Virus record (IMG/VR): IMGVR_UViG_3300037962_000140
Coordinates: 1 to 64,000 of that record
Direction: 5' to 3' (one strand)
DNA from: an uncultured virus (IMG/VR IMGVR_UViG_3300037962_000140)
Taxonomy: Duplodnaviria; Heunggongvirae; Uroviricota; Caudoviricetes
DNA: 64,000 nucleotides
The notes under the pieces are model-generated. The model was not told the origin of the DNA, searched no databases, and was given only the letters and a program-made list of their open reading frames with translations. The translations under genes were made by a program, and so were the position numbers. Shown piece after piece: positions 1-9,046 of this stretch. Numbering within the stretch: the stretch's first letter is position 1; each line of letters starts with the position of its first letter.

Positions 1-62
1 TCTCGAACCATCCTTTTCTTGGCCTTAGCTATTGTACGTTCAGCTATAAATGCATTGTTCAT
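1..62 (-). CDS. N-terminal fragment of a gene running off the window (MNNAFIAERTIAKAKKRMVR...), possibly the VWA/metallopeptidase partner of the AAA ATPase
   Basis: AGGGG RBS then ATG at 62 just after the upstream stop; product guessed from context only. Confidence 0.4.
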   Translation of the reverse strand, partial: MNNAFIAERTIAKAKKRMVR

Positions 63-71
63 ATCGCCCCC

Positions 72-965
72 TTAATCGTAGAAGCCAGAGAGAGAATCGA
101 CGATGTTTTTAGCATCCTTGATTGTCTCTTTGCGTTTGTCTTCAGATTCTCTTAGCTCATCAGGGTTCGCGTTTCTGAGTTTGCTAAGGATCTTGTTGGC
201 GGCAATATCGAGCTGATCGTCACCGAATATATTCAGATCGGGCAGTATGTCGGCCAGCTCTTTAACATTCGCTATCGTGGAGTTGGCAAACTTAGAAGGT
301 TTAGTCGCCCCCTCTTCGATCACGCCGTGACGCTCCAGACCCTCGATCATTGTCTCCAACACGCCCACAACCCTATCTCGGACTTTGTCTTGAGCGACTT
401 TGACCTTTCGAGTGATCTCTTCTTCGGCATCTTCCTTGATCTTTTTGATTTTAGAATTGGGAAGCTTTACTCGAATATCATTTGAGTCGTCTATATTCTT
501 GAGCTTGTATGTGATCGAGTATGCGTCAGCAATGTCATCCACACTGGGGTAGAAGTCTGGATCGAACTTATCGCCCAGCCTACTCTCTAGCTCCTTAAGC
601 TTGGTTGGCCATTCTTGTTTAAGCTCACGCTCAAGATCAATTAGGTGATCCTGATACTCTTCAATTTTCCGCTCGACTTTGTCGAGAATGTCAGCGGTCA
701 CTAAATGCTCCCCCTCAGTCCAAGGTAGAAGCATCTTTCTAACCACGTTGTTTCCGACCCGACCTATCGTTTTGTCGAGGGCCTTGATTACCGGCACGTC
801 AGCCATGTTCTGATGCACAGAAAAAGCCTTGTGATCTGGGTTACCATCCTTGTCGAAAACATTGTGCTGGATAGCGAGTGCAGTTGCAGCTTCCTTGTCG
901 TTCTTGGAATGCTGCCACTTCGTACACTTGATTTTAATGAGCAATGCGCTCTCTTGTATTGTCAC
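72..965 (-). CDS. DUF3150-like helical phage protein
   Basis: 297 aa coiled-coil-rich ORF with AACTAGGAG RBS, directly downstream of a MoxR-type ATPase as is typical for this family. Confidence 0.55.
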   Translation of the reverse strand: MTIQESALLIKIKCTKWQHSKNDKEAATALAIQHNVFDKDGNPDHKAFSVHQNMADVPVIKALDKTIGRVGNNVVRKMLLPWTEGEHLVTADILDKVERKIEEYQDHLIDLERELKQEWPTKLKELESRLGDKFDPDFYPSVDDIADAYSITYKLKNIDDSNDIRVKLPNSKIKKIKEDAEEEITRKVKVAQDKVRDRVVGVLETMIEGLERHGVIEEGATKPSKFANSTIANVKELADILPDLNIFGDDQLDIAANKILSKLRNANPDELRESEDKRKETIKDAKNIVDSLSGFYD

Positions 966-968
966 TTC

Positions 969-2034
969 TTATTCTCCTAGTTGGTTATCAATTTTGAACT
1001 GTATGTACTCCTGGGTTTCTTTGAAATCAGGATCACGGCCTATCGCAAGGGCAAACAGAACCGCTATCAGCTCATCGTCATATTTGGCAAGCCACTTGAT
1101 AGCATTGCCGATGTTGGATCTCTCGCACTTTGCTGCAAGCTGAGCGCAAACCGCATAGATCGTGTTGATCTGGGATGGCACTGGCACACTGTCAGGATCG
1201 TCCAAAATCTGAGCAAAGCTTGGAATATCCCTCATTACCTTCAGGAAAGATGAGAACTCTGAGCCTNNNNNNNNNNATCGAGTCGGCCTCGATCTTCTTA
1301 GGTAGACCACACTTGATGATCTCAGAAACGAACTCCCACGAGCGTGGAGTAGCTACTGCTATGTGTCCCTTAGGGGCACCCCCGTCGAGGTACTCGTGGA
1401 GCAGTCCTCCATTCTCAGAGCTTGGTGCCCCTCGAAACTGAATGAATGCGATCACCTCGTGAGCCACGCCATTTTGGTATGCCCACTCAGTCCACTCAGA
1501 CACACTAGGCACCACGTTAAAGTGCGGAGCAAAGCGATTCATCAGGGCTGGATCCACGCGACCATGTACCCCAGCACCATCTTCAGGACGATTAGAGGCG
1601 GCTACTATGTGCCAGCCTTTGGGGTGTATGTACGAGCCTAATCTACCGTCAGTCATTAGCTGGTAGAGACTAGCCTGTACTGAAGCCATCCCCAGCAATA
1701 TCTCATCAATGAAGGTGATACCGAACTCACCGTCCCTCTCGACGTTAGGTAGCCAGCGTGGGGGAGCAAAATCGGTCTCATGGTCAATGATCTCTGGAAC
1801 CCCTCGTGTATCGACTGCGTCGATCTGTGAGGTTCTAAGGTCTAGAAGGCCCCATTGGTTGCCAGTGGTCTCAGAGAGAGAAGCCACTATCGACTTAACG
1901 ATAGCGGATTTTGCCACTCCATAGGCACCCCACAAAAAAGGATGCAGTTTTGTCCTCGGATCTTCTCTTAAGACAAATGTCTCAATAGCCGTGGCCGCTG
2001 ACTGTGTTGTTACTGTGCTTATGTTAAAAGCCAT
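969..2034 (-). CDS. MoxR-type AAA+ ATPase, interrupted by scaffold gap 1267-1276
   Basis: Walker A variant GAYGVAKS, Walker B FIDE, AASNR sensor, DPALMNRF, TPRSW; ORFs 1192..2040 and 969..1310 join across the N gap; ATG at 2034 follows AGGAG. Confidence 0.8.
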
Positions 2035-2061
2035 ATTCAAACTCCTAGTTATAGTTAGTTA

Positions 2062-2121
2062 TCCAAGACCCCCGATAGGGGGTTTCGAGGCGGGAACTAC
2101 CCGCCCAGCTCATCAGTTGGA
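2062..2121 (-). ncRNA. hammerhead ribozyme, type I
   Basis: UCCAA CUGAUGA G-CU-GGGCGGG UAGUU CCCGCCU-C GAAA CCCCC UAUC GGGGG UC UUGGA: full core, three stems, GUC cleavage triplet. Confidence 0.93.
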
Positions 2122-2128
2122 ATGTCTG

Positions 2129-2377
2129 CTAATCCTCCTTTTTGAAAAAATTATCAATAGTTTCTTCAGTCTTATCGGCCATTACTAACTCTAATTTCAA
2201 CATCAGTTTGATATCGTCGAAAACTTCTTCGCTTATGAACTTGTGTTCAAGAGCCATATTAAGAAGCCTAAGGTCATGGTTAATTTTACTTTTCCAAGTA
2301 GAAAAATCTGATTTGATCTGACCTTCTCGCGATAAAGCGTTTCGGCTAAACACTTCGATATATTCTTCTTCAGTCAT
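2129..2377 (-). CDS. hypothetical early protein
   Basis: 82 aa ORF abutting the upstream gene in the operon. Confidence 0.6.
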   Translation of the reverse strand: MTEEEYIEVFSRNALSREGQIKSDFSTWKSKINHDLRLLNMALEHKFISEEVFDDIKLMLKLELVMADKTEETIDNFFKKED

Positions 2378-2932
2378 CTACTGATCCTCCTTTAGTTCTT
2401 CAATTTGCCTAATCACTGAGTCGATACAATCGATACAGTAGTAGCGGTCACCGATCTCTTCGCCTTGATCGTCGAAAGGCACGTTGCCCTCGAATGAATA
2501 GACCCCACACCGAGCGCAGGGATCACGAGTGGTTTTGTACTCATCATTCGCCCTCTCGATCTCAGACAACAGGTCATCGCCTGGGCCTGGGTTTTTCTGG
2601 ATCTGATCGTGGAGCCTTTCATGCTCGACTATGAACTTAGCCGCTGGATAGTTGCGCTGCTTGAGCAGTTTGCCGATCTGCTCCCCGATGGGAGTCATAG
2701 CGTGAACTTCATCTTCATCATTCAATCTCTTGAATCCGATTCTCTCCATGATGCTCGTGGCCTCATCGCAATAACTGTTAAACCGATCCTGAGAAGCCTC
2801 GGTGTACCGCTCATCGCCGTTCTCTGCGACCTCGGTTATCAGGGGGCCATCCCCGTATTCTTCAGCCAGAATGACTGCCAGATCGGAATAGATCTCTATC
2901 CACTGTTCATCCGACACTATTAAATCGTTCAT
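2378..2932 (-). CDS. hypothetical acidic protein with C-terminal CxxC...CxxC zinc finger
   Basis: CARC and CIDC motifs; GGAGG RBS. Confidence 0.65.
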   Translation of the reverse strand: MNDLIVSDEQWIEIYSDLAVILAEEYGDGPLITEVAENGDERYTEASQDRFNSYCDEATSIMERIGFKRLNDEDEVHAMTPIGEQIGKLLKQRNYPAAKFIVEHERLHDQIQKNPGPGDDLLSEIERANDEYKTTRDPCARCGVYSFEGNVPFDDQGEEIGDRYYCIDCIDSVIRQIEELKEDQ

Positions 2933-2934
2933 AG

Positions 2935-3147
2935 TTAAATGTCCTCCCTGAGTGTGTTGTATGGGCTGACCGCCTCAAGAGCTGCTCTCTTGGGATCTTT
3001 GCCTGTGTTGAATAGATAGATGGCACTATCCCAATTGATGAACTCAGAACGGTAGTCGGCCCTCTGGGCTGCGTCCTGATAGTCGTCTCTGGTCTTGAGT
3101 GCATCGTGATAGCTGGCCATCCATTTGGCCCGATCTCGTTTTCTCAT
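2935..3147 (-). CDS. hypothetical early protein
   Basis: 70 aa ORF with AACTAGGAG RBS. Confidence 0.65.
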   Translation of the reverse strand: MRKRDRAKWMASYHDALKTRDDYQDAAQRADYRSEFINWDSAIYLFNTGKDPKRAALEAVSPYNTLREDI

Positions 3148-3166
3148 TATCCAATTCTCCTAGTTA

Positions 3167-3233
3167 GCGGGTTGTCATCTTCAAGGTGCAAGGTTCCCAG
3201 CCTACGCACGACCCCCAGAGGGGGTTTCGACTA
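3167..3233 (-). ncRNA. hammerhead ribozyme, type II, variant core
   Basis: GUC GAAA CCCCC UCU GGGGG UC GUGCG-U-AGG CUGGGAA CCU UGCAC CUUGAAGAU GAC AACCC; stems intact, core CUUGAAGAU instead of CUGANGA, GGG/CCC loop-tail pseudoknot. Confidence 0.7.
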
Positions 3234-3461
3234 TGCTGCGCGGGTAGCTGGCCCCCTTAGATCAAAACTGATCGAGTATTGATGGTCTCCCAGATCTCTC
3301 TTGAGTATGTACTGCTCGATCACTTCCTGACCCCTAAAGAAACTGTCAGCAAAGTAAGAAAACACCAAGTGATCATTGTGAGAATCTCTGACAGTGATCT
3401 CGCAGAGGTTGTCATCTAGCAGCACGAGTTTGATAAAGAAAAAACGGTAAGGTAATGGCAT
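3231..3461 (-). CDS. hypothetical early protein (MPLPYRFF...)
   Basis: ATG at 3461 overlaps upstream TAA (TAATG) with GGAGG RBS; the listed 3581 start is too long. Confidence 0.6.
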   Translation of the reverse strand: MPLPYRFFFIKLVLLDDNLCEITVRDSHNDHLVFSYFADSFFRGQEVIEQYILKRDLGDHQYSISFDLRGPATRAA

Positions 3462-3673
3462 TAGATGTGTCCTCCAGATATTTTCAGACCCGCTGCGAAG
3501 GAGGCAAAATAAGCTCCCCAGAGGCCCCAGTTGATCGCTGCGATCTCTAGAGTGCTTAGGTCGGTGTTTGCCTCCAGCCATAGGTCAATGACCCCCAGAC
3601 CGGCGGCAGTGACTACGATGCTCATGACTACAAATAGAGTGATAAACGTGAGTGATAAGATTAGAAATTTCAT
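3461..3673 (-). CDS. small membrane protein, two hydrophobic segments
   Basis: 70 aa hydrophobic ORF with AACTAGGAG RBS. Confidence 0.65.
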   Translation of the reverse strand: MKFLILSLTFITLFVVMSIVVTAAGLGVIDLWLEANTDLSTLEIAAINWGLWGAYFASFAAGLKISGGHI

Positions 3674-3696
3674 TTTCAGTTCTCCTAGTTTTAGTT

Positions 3697-3754
3697 TTCC
3701 AAGACCCCCATAAGGGGGTTTCGATCAATCACCAATTGATCTCATCAGTTGGAA
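3697..3754 (-). ncRNA. hammerhead ribozyme, type I
   Basis: UUCCAA CUGAUGA GAUCAAU UGGUG AUUGAUC GAAA CCCCC UUAU GGGGG UC UUGGAA: perfect core and stems. Confidence 0.96.
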
Positions 3755-3755
3755 T

Positions 3756-4109
3756 CTACAAGGCCCTCCTAAATGTGATTAGGCCGTGTTCGTAGTACTT
3801 GACCTCTATCTGGTCTCCCTCGTTAAAGATCTCACCAATGCGCTTCTCGTGGAGATCTATGATGGGCCTGCTTGCAGTCACCGCTCGATCACCGCCCAAG
3901 CTAGGACAAAGCTCAATCGACTCAGGGCCGTAGTAGACCTTGTATGTCTCCCCAGCGTGGAACTGAGCAGCCTCAAGCTTTTTGCCCTCGATCCATATTC
4001 GGTATGCCCTCTTGGTCTTCTTGACCTTGGTTTTTCCAGAGGCTACTGGCTCTACAAAATTAACCACTTCCGACCTTCTATCTTCTAGCTCTTGTTTTAT
4101 CTGATCCAT
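3756..4109 (-). CDS. hypothetical protein, possibly AbrB-like DNA-binding fold
   Basis: ATG at 4109 after AACTAGGAG; RIWIEG..L..A.F..G..Y.V pattern. Confidence 0.6.
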   Translation of the reverse strand: MDQIKQELEDRRSEVVNFVEPVASGKTKVKKTKRAYRIWIEGKKLEAAQFHAGETYKVYYGPESIELCPSLGGDRAVTASRPIIDLHEKRIGEIFNEGDQIEVKYYEHGLITFRRAL

Positions 4110-4127
4110 TTTCAATTCTCCTAGTTG

Positions 4128-4191
4128 TGACTTGTCTCATCAGCGATCAAGTAGTCATCTTGGCCGGACTCCCCGAAGGGAGTTTCGACTA
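4128..4191 (-). ncRNA. hammerhead ribozyme, type II, with pseudoknot
   Basis: GUC GAAA CUCCC UUCG GGGAG UC CGGCCAAG AUGACUA CUUGAUCG CUGAUGA GAC AAGUCA; loop UGACU pairs with 3' tail AGUCA. Confidence 0.93.
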
Positions 4192-5142
4192 TTGGTACTG
4201 ACTCTCTAATAACTGACCCAGTGAGGGCCTCTGAGGTGCGCTCTCAGAGTCGATCTTCTTCTCCCACTCATCTATCGAGAGAAGCTCACCGTCTACCTTG
4301 GCGGTGAATAGACGCGCTCCCTTGGCCCATGAGTCGTGTTGCCATTGGCCGTCAGGTGCCCTCCATCCGATCTTACAATGATCGCCTACATCACCTTTGC
4401 CCTCGGTCACTACTGCACTCCCAGTTTTCCATTCTTTGGGTCTGGTCAAGCTGAGTGGCTTGCCTGCATCTATCCAAGCCTGATGCTTTCGAGGTGACTC
4501 CTCTTGGAACCGCTCCTCGACCAGCTTTATGAGATCCCATCTCTGAGGATCCTGTCTGGCCTCGTAGATCTCTTCTTTACTCAGGAAAGGACAGAATACG
4601 CATGATGACTTAGGCACATCAAAGTCATATGACTTGAGAAGCTCGATACAGCTCTCTCTGGTCTCATCCAAATCGATAAGCGGGTACTCATACTTGGCCT
4701 TGTCATTCTTAGGCTTGGTAAATCGCTTCTTACGGTAAAGCTCATTCGCCTCTATGCCGATTAGGTAGGTGATCTCTGAGTCTGGGTATGTCTGCTTGGC
4801 CCACTTGGCGATCACCTCACCTTTAAACTTGGCTGAGCAAACATGGGAGCCGCCGATCATCACTGGGACGATCCCAAGTCTGGTGACCCACTGGGTTATG
4901 GTCTCGCCTTCTTTGCTGACGATATCGAAGGGTAGATCGTGTTCTTCGCAGAGCTTCTGAAAACGCCTGACATTAGCGTATGTCTCGGCAGATTCAGCTC
5001 CAGTATCACTAAAGACAACATGGTCTATAGCTAGATCCTCATGGTACAAATGTATCAGTAGGATCGCGCTTGAATCCACGCCTCCCCCGAAAGACAAGAT
5101 CCTCTTTCGAGAGAAGTAGTGGTGGTCTATTTGTTCGTTCAT
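4189..5142 (-). CDS. PAPS reductase-like (PP-loop) protein
   Basis: ILSFGGGVDSSA PP-loop, FSDTGAE, IGIEANE, YPL, SSCVFCPF cysteine motif; ATG at 5142 after AACTAGGAG. Confidence 0.8.
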   Translation of the reverse strand: MNEQIDHHYFSRKRILSFGGGVDSSAILLIHLYHEDLAIDHVVFSDTGAESAETYANVRRFQKLCEEHDLPFDIVSKEGETITQWVTRLGIVPVMIGGSHVCSAKFKGEVIAKWAKQTYPDSEITYLIGIEANELYRKKRFTKPKNDKAKYEYPLIDLDETRESCIELLKSYDFDVPKSSCVFCPFLSKEEIYEARQDPQRWDLIKLVEERFQEESPRKHQAWIDAGKPLSLTRPKEWKTGSAVVTEGKGDVGDHCKIGWRAPDGQWQHDSWAKGARLFTAKVDGELLSIDEWEKKIDSESAPQRPSLGQLLESQYQ

Positions 5143-5207
5143 AATCAGTCTCCTAGTTTGTGTTGGCCTGCTTGTTAGTGAAATCACTTTGCCTTGGGCC
5201 TGAGCGG

Positions 5208-5235
5208 ATTATACTCAATTACGCATTACGGTCAA
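5208..5235 (-). promoter_or_regulatory. sigma70 promoter of the left early operon
   Basis: TTGACC-N16-TATAAT on the minus strand, upstream of the first gene. Confidence 0.7.
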
Positions 5236-5253
5236 CACTATACGCATTACGGT
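5220..5253. repeat. 13-bp direct repeat TACGCATTACGGT x2, operator-like
   Basis: copies at 5220-5232 and 5241-5253; the first overlaps the -35 box. Confidence 0.75.
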
Positions 5254-5325
5254 GTACGGTGCATTCCAGCGGGGATCCTGAGATCGTAGAATCAAAGTCA
5301 GTTAATTATTGATCAGGGAATAGTA

Positions 5326-5802
5326 ATGGCAGGCAAACAAATGAGTCCGAAACGTCTTCATTTCGCAAGGTGCGTTGCCTCAGGGATGACCTATGCAGAT
5401 TCCTATCGTGAGGCTTTTGAGCCTGCTGACTCAACTACCTCTGCAAGCATCCATACACTAGCTTCGAGGCTCATGGCAGAGGTTGAGATTAGGTCAAGGG
5501 TAGACCTGCTGATCAAAGCCAGAGAGCGGGCAGTAGTAGATAAAGCGGTCACAGATCGTGAGAAGGTCACTGATCACTTAAGGGAGGCTCTAGCCGGAGG
5601 AGAGACTGATCAACTAAGGCTAAGGGCTGCTGAGTTGCTAGGTAAAGCTAGTGGTCTATTCAGTACAGAAGTCAACGTGACTACTCAAGAGAGAGACTCC
5701 TCCCAAGTAGCTAGTGAGATCCAAGAGAAGTTAGCTGGATTGCTAGGATCCAAGGAGATCGATCAAGAAGAAGCAGAGTCCGACCACGAGAATGTTCACT
5801 GA
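5326..5802 (+). CDS. terS: terminase small subunit (first copy)
   Basis: N-terminal helical motif (SPKRLHFARCVASG..YADSYREAF), RLRAAELLGK; upstream of TerL. Confidence 0.7.
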   Translation: MAGKQMSPKRLHFARCVASGMTYADSYREAFEPADSTTSASIHTLASRLMAEVEIRSRVDLLIKARERAVVDKAVTDREKVTDHLREALAGGETDQLRLRAAELLGKASGLFSTEVNVTTQERDSSQVASEIQEKLAGLLGSKEIDQEEAESDHENVH

Positions 5803-6203
5803 GGCGTAAACCAGGATGAAAATCCAAGAGGATTTTCACCTGGGGGGCACCCCCCTGAACGCATACGCGCACACATATACATATACATAGTAATCCACTC
5901 AAATAATTACAACTTTTTCTAAAATTACACCTGGGTTTACTTAAGCTCTCCCTTTTTTTCTCAGAAAACACCCTAGGAGTCCCATATGCCCAAAAATTTT
6001 TTTTAAAATTTTCGAGTTATTCTGTTGCTTTCCTTGTCAATACCCTTAATATGCTAAACTGTTAGTTTCAAGTTATGACTTAGTAGTCTACTTAGCTCAG
6101 TCATAACTTATTCTTAGTAGAACAATTAATGCCCTGACGGGCATATAGTTAAATGAACATAACCTAGTGATCACTTAGCTTAGTAGACTACTTAGGGGAA
6201 CCT

Positions 6204-7719
6204 ATGCCCTTAAAAGACCGTATAGATCCAAACCTTTTAAAGAACGTAGAAAACCTTCCTGTATCAGATCAGGAGGAACTTCTTAAGTTAATAGAAGAGC
6301 TGGAGGAGGCTGAAAGAAAAGAAGCCGCCCAAGACTCCTTTATGAACTTTGTGAAGTATGCGTGGCCTGCGTTTATTGAAGGCAGGCACCACAAGATCAT
6401 GGGTAACGCCTTTGATCGTGTTGCATCAGGTGAGTTGAAGCGTTTAATCGTTAATATGCCGCCAAGGCATACTAAATCAGAGTTTGCATCGTATTTATTA
6501 CCGGCATGGTTTTTGGGCAGATTCCCAGAAAAAAAGATNNNNNNNNNNGACCGCCCATACCGCAGAACTCTCCGTTGGATTTGGTAGAAAGGTTCGTAAC
6601 CTAGTAGATAGTGATGATTTCAAGAAGGTATTTTCTAAAGTTGCCTTAAGGGCCGACTCCAAGGCAGCAGGCCGTTGGAGTACCAATGAAGGTGGTGAAT
6701 ACTTCGCTATCGGTGTTGGTGGTGCTGTAACAGGAAAAGGTGCAGATCTCCTAATTATCGACGACCCTCACAGCGAGCAAGAAGGTCAAAGCGCAGACCC
6801 GTCAGTTTTTGACAAGGTCTATGAATGGTACACATCCGGCCCTAGGCAGCGTTTACAGCCAGGTGGAGCTATCGTTGTGGTGATGACACGATGGCATAAG
6901 CGTGATTTGACGGGACAGATACTTAAATCATCACTACAAAGATCCGGCACAGATGAGTGGGAGCTGATCGAGTTTCCGGCAATTATGCCCTCAGGGAACC
7001 CCTTGTGGCCTGAGTTCTGGCCAAAAGAGGAATTGGAGTCGTTGAGAAACGAACTTCCTTCCCCTAAATGGAATGCCCAGTACCAGCAGAATCCTACCTC
7101 AGAAGAGGGCGCACTGGTTAAAAGGGAATGGTGGCGTGAATGGGAGGAGGATCGGCCACCCCCTTGTGAGTTCATTATACAGTCCTGGGATACAGCATTT
7201 TTAAAGACCCAGCGTTCAGACTACTCAGCCTGTACAACGTGGGGTGTGTTCTACAAGACAGATGATGAGGGCCTTCAACAGCCTAATATCATACTAATGG
7301 ATTCATTTAAGGAGCGTCTTGAGTTCCCAGAACTTAAGAAAAAAGCCTATGAATACTGGTCTGAGTGGCAACCTGATGCCTTTGTGGTGGAGGCTAAAGC
7401 CGCTGGGACACCGTTGATATTTGAATTAAGGGCGATGGGTATCCCTGTAAGCGAATACACGCCTTCGAGGGGAAACGACAAAATAGCCCGTGTGAATGCC
7501 GTTGCAGATCTATTTGCATCAGGGATAGTATGGGCACCCAAACTGCGCTATGCAGAGGAAGTGATCGAGGAATTTGCGGCATTTCCTGCCGGAGAGCATG
7601 ACGATCTGGTGGATTCATCCACACAGGCGCTGCTTAGATTCAGGCAGGGAGGCTTTTTGAAGCTAAACTCTGACGAAGAGGACGAGCCTTTTTACCAGAG
7701 AAAAGCAAACTACTACTAG
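6204..7719 (+). CDS. terL: terminase large subunit, split by scaffold gap 6539-6548
   Basis: MPPRHTKSE Walker A variant, LLIIDDP Walker B, QSWDTA and HDDLVDS nuclease motifs. Confidence 0.95.
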
Positions 7720-7726
7720 GATTATT

Positions 7727-8071
7727 ATGTCTGACAAGAAAAAACCCGCCTACTTCAGGCTAATGAAGCTTAGAGAAGAAAAAGAAGCAAAGAGACGCAA
7801 GCCTACAAGCGGCTTAAAAGGCACAAAGCTGGATCGTGAAAGGGGTGATTCCTCTAAGTCATTGGATCCTAAATCGTTAACAGCGTCAGGAAGAAAGGCC
7901 GCTGGCAGAACAAAACAGAGTAGACGAGGTACAGCCAAGGTAAAAAAGGCTAGACCAGCGTATACCGAGGTCGAAAGACCACCTACAACAACTGTTGCCC
8001 ATGAAAAAAGGCACCGTAGTATGAAAACGGGCGGCAGGGTCAGGATGGACGGTACAGCAAAACCCAGATAA
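7727..8071 (+). CDS. basic hypothetical protein with C-terminal MKTGGRV motif
   Basis: 114 aa Lys/Arg-rich ORF in the late operon. Confidence 0.6.
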   Translation: MSDKKKPAYFRLMKLREEKEAKRRKPTSGLKGTKLDRERGDSSKSLDPKSLTASGRKAAGRTKQSRRGTAKVKKARPAYTEVERPPTTTVAHEKRHRSMKTGGRVRMDGTAKPR

Positions 8072-8079
8072 GGAGCCTG

Positions 8080-8769
8080 ATGGCTTTCCTGCAAAGCAAT
8101 ATCCCGCATTTTAAATGCTGGGTTAGGAAAGAATACACCCACAACCACCAGAAATATCATGGTGAGTTTATTCATGCGATGGCTATCGCGGTTACCTCGA
8201 TGCCTTGTAGATGCCTGAGTTTCCAGTTGATATTCACTGGAGCAGAGACCTATGACACCGATGAACCGAATATTCATGGTGGCGCGATGTGGGCCAGGAT
8301 GCCGATTACAGCTTTAGTGGCAGATACCCCATTTGAGGAATGGCCTGAACCGATGGAGGTGTGGGCAGCACAACCCTGGGATTGCTCGTCAAGGACACAC
8401 AGTGTCTATGTCTTGGACAGGGCAACCCCGTGTCCTTGGCTTGCAAAGATCGATAACAAGCTTTATCCGGCAAAATACTACTTTACGGTAGATTATACGG
8501 ACTCAGAGATAGCGGATGACCCAGCGCAACACAAGCAGTCTCATGTCATGGAGTTGCTGGATGCCGGCAAATGGACAGGGAATATTGTGGCATTACCCAA
8601 CAATCGTGTGAGGGTGACACACCCCGCATGGTTTGAGACAGGAGAAGGTGCGCCGGATTTCAGGCCATCACAGCATATTCATTACAGTAAGTCAGATCTA
8701 GACTACACGCTGGATGTAAATAAGGTTTTTAACAACTTATACGCAGAGGATTTAGATGAAGAAATCTAA
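8080..8769 (+). CDS. phage hypothetical protein
   Basis: 229 aa, AAGGAG RBS, between TerL and portal. Confidence 0.75.
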   Translation: MAFLQSNIPHFKCWVRKEYTHNHQKYHGEFIHAMAIAVTSMPCRCLSFQLIFTGAETYDTDEPNIHGGAMWARMPITALVADTPFEEWPEPMEVWAAQPWDCSSRTHSVYVLDRATPCPWLAKIDNKLYPAKYYFTVDYTDSEIADDPAQHKQSHVMELLDAGKWTGNIVALPNNRVRVTHPAWFETGEGAPDFRPSQHIHYSKSDLDYTLDVNKVFNNLYAEDLDEEI

Positions 8770-9046
8770 AGGTTACATGAGAGGCGGCAAGACAAAAGGA
8801 ATGGCCGCTGGCGGAAAGCTTAAGATGGTTGAAAAGGACGGGAAACAGGTTCCGTTTTTTGCTGCCGATGGTAAAGGTAAAATGGCTGGGGGTGGATCTG
8901 TGCCCTCTACAAAAGGTTATTTTAAAGGTGGAAAGACAAAAGGTATGGCTGCTGGCGGCAAGATGAAATCTAAAGGCACCGCTGGCGGAGGAGTCGCCAG
9001 AGGCAGTGGCGCAGCCAGACCCCAAGCATTTAGGAAGAATGGCTAA
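8756..9046 (+). CDS. basic repeat protein (KGMAAGGK repeats)
   Basis: six xxGGx units; abuts the portal start. Confidence 0.7.
   Translation: MKKSKGYMRGGKTKGMAAGGKLKMVEKDGKQVPFFAADGKGKMAGGGSVPSTKGYFKGGKTKGMAAGGKMKSKGTAGGGVARGSGAARPQAFRKNG

Noticed and set aside
6204..6587. Apparent split or frameshifted terL (and split ATPase at 969-2034)
   Set aside because: The frame changes coincide with 10-N scaffold gaps of arbitrary length, so they are not evidence of introns, recoding or pseudogenes
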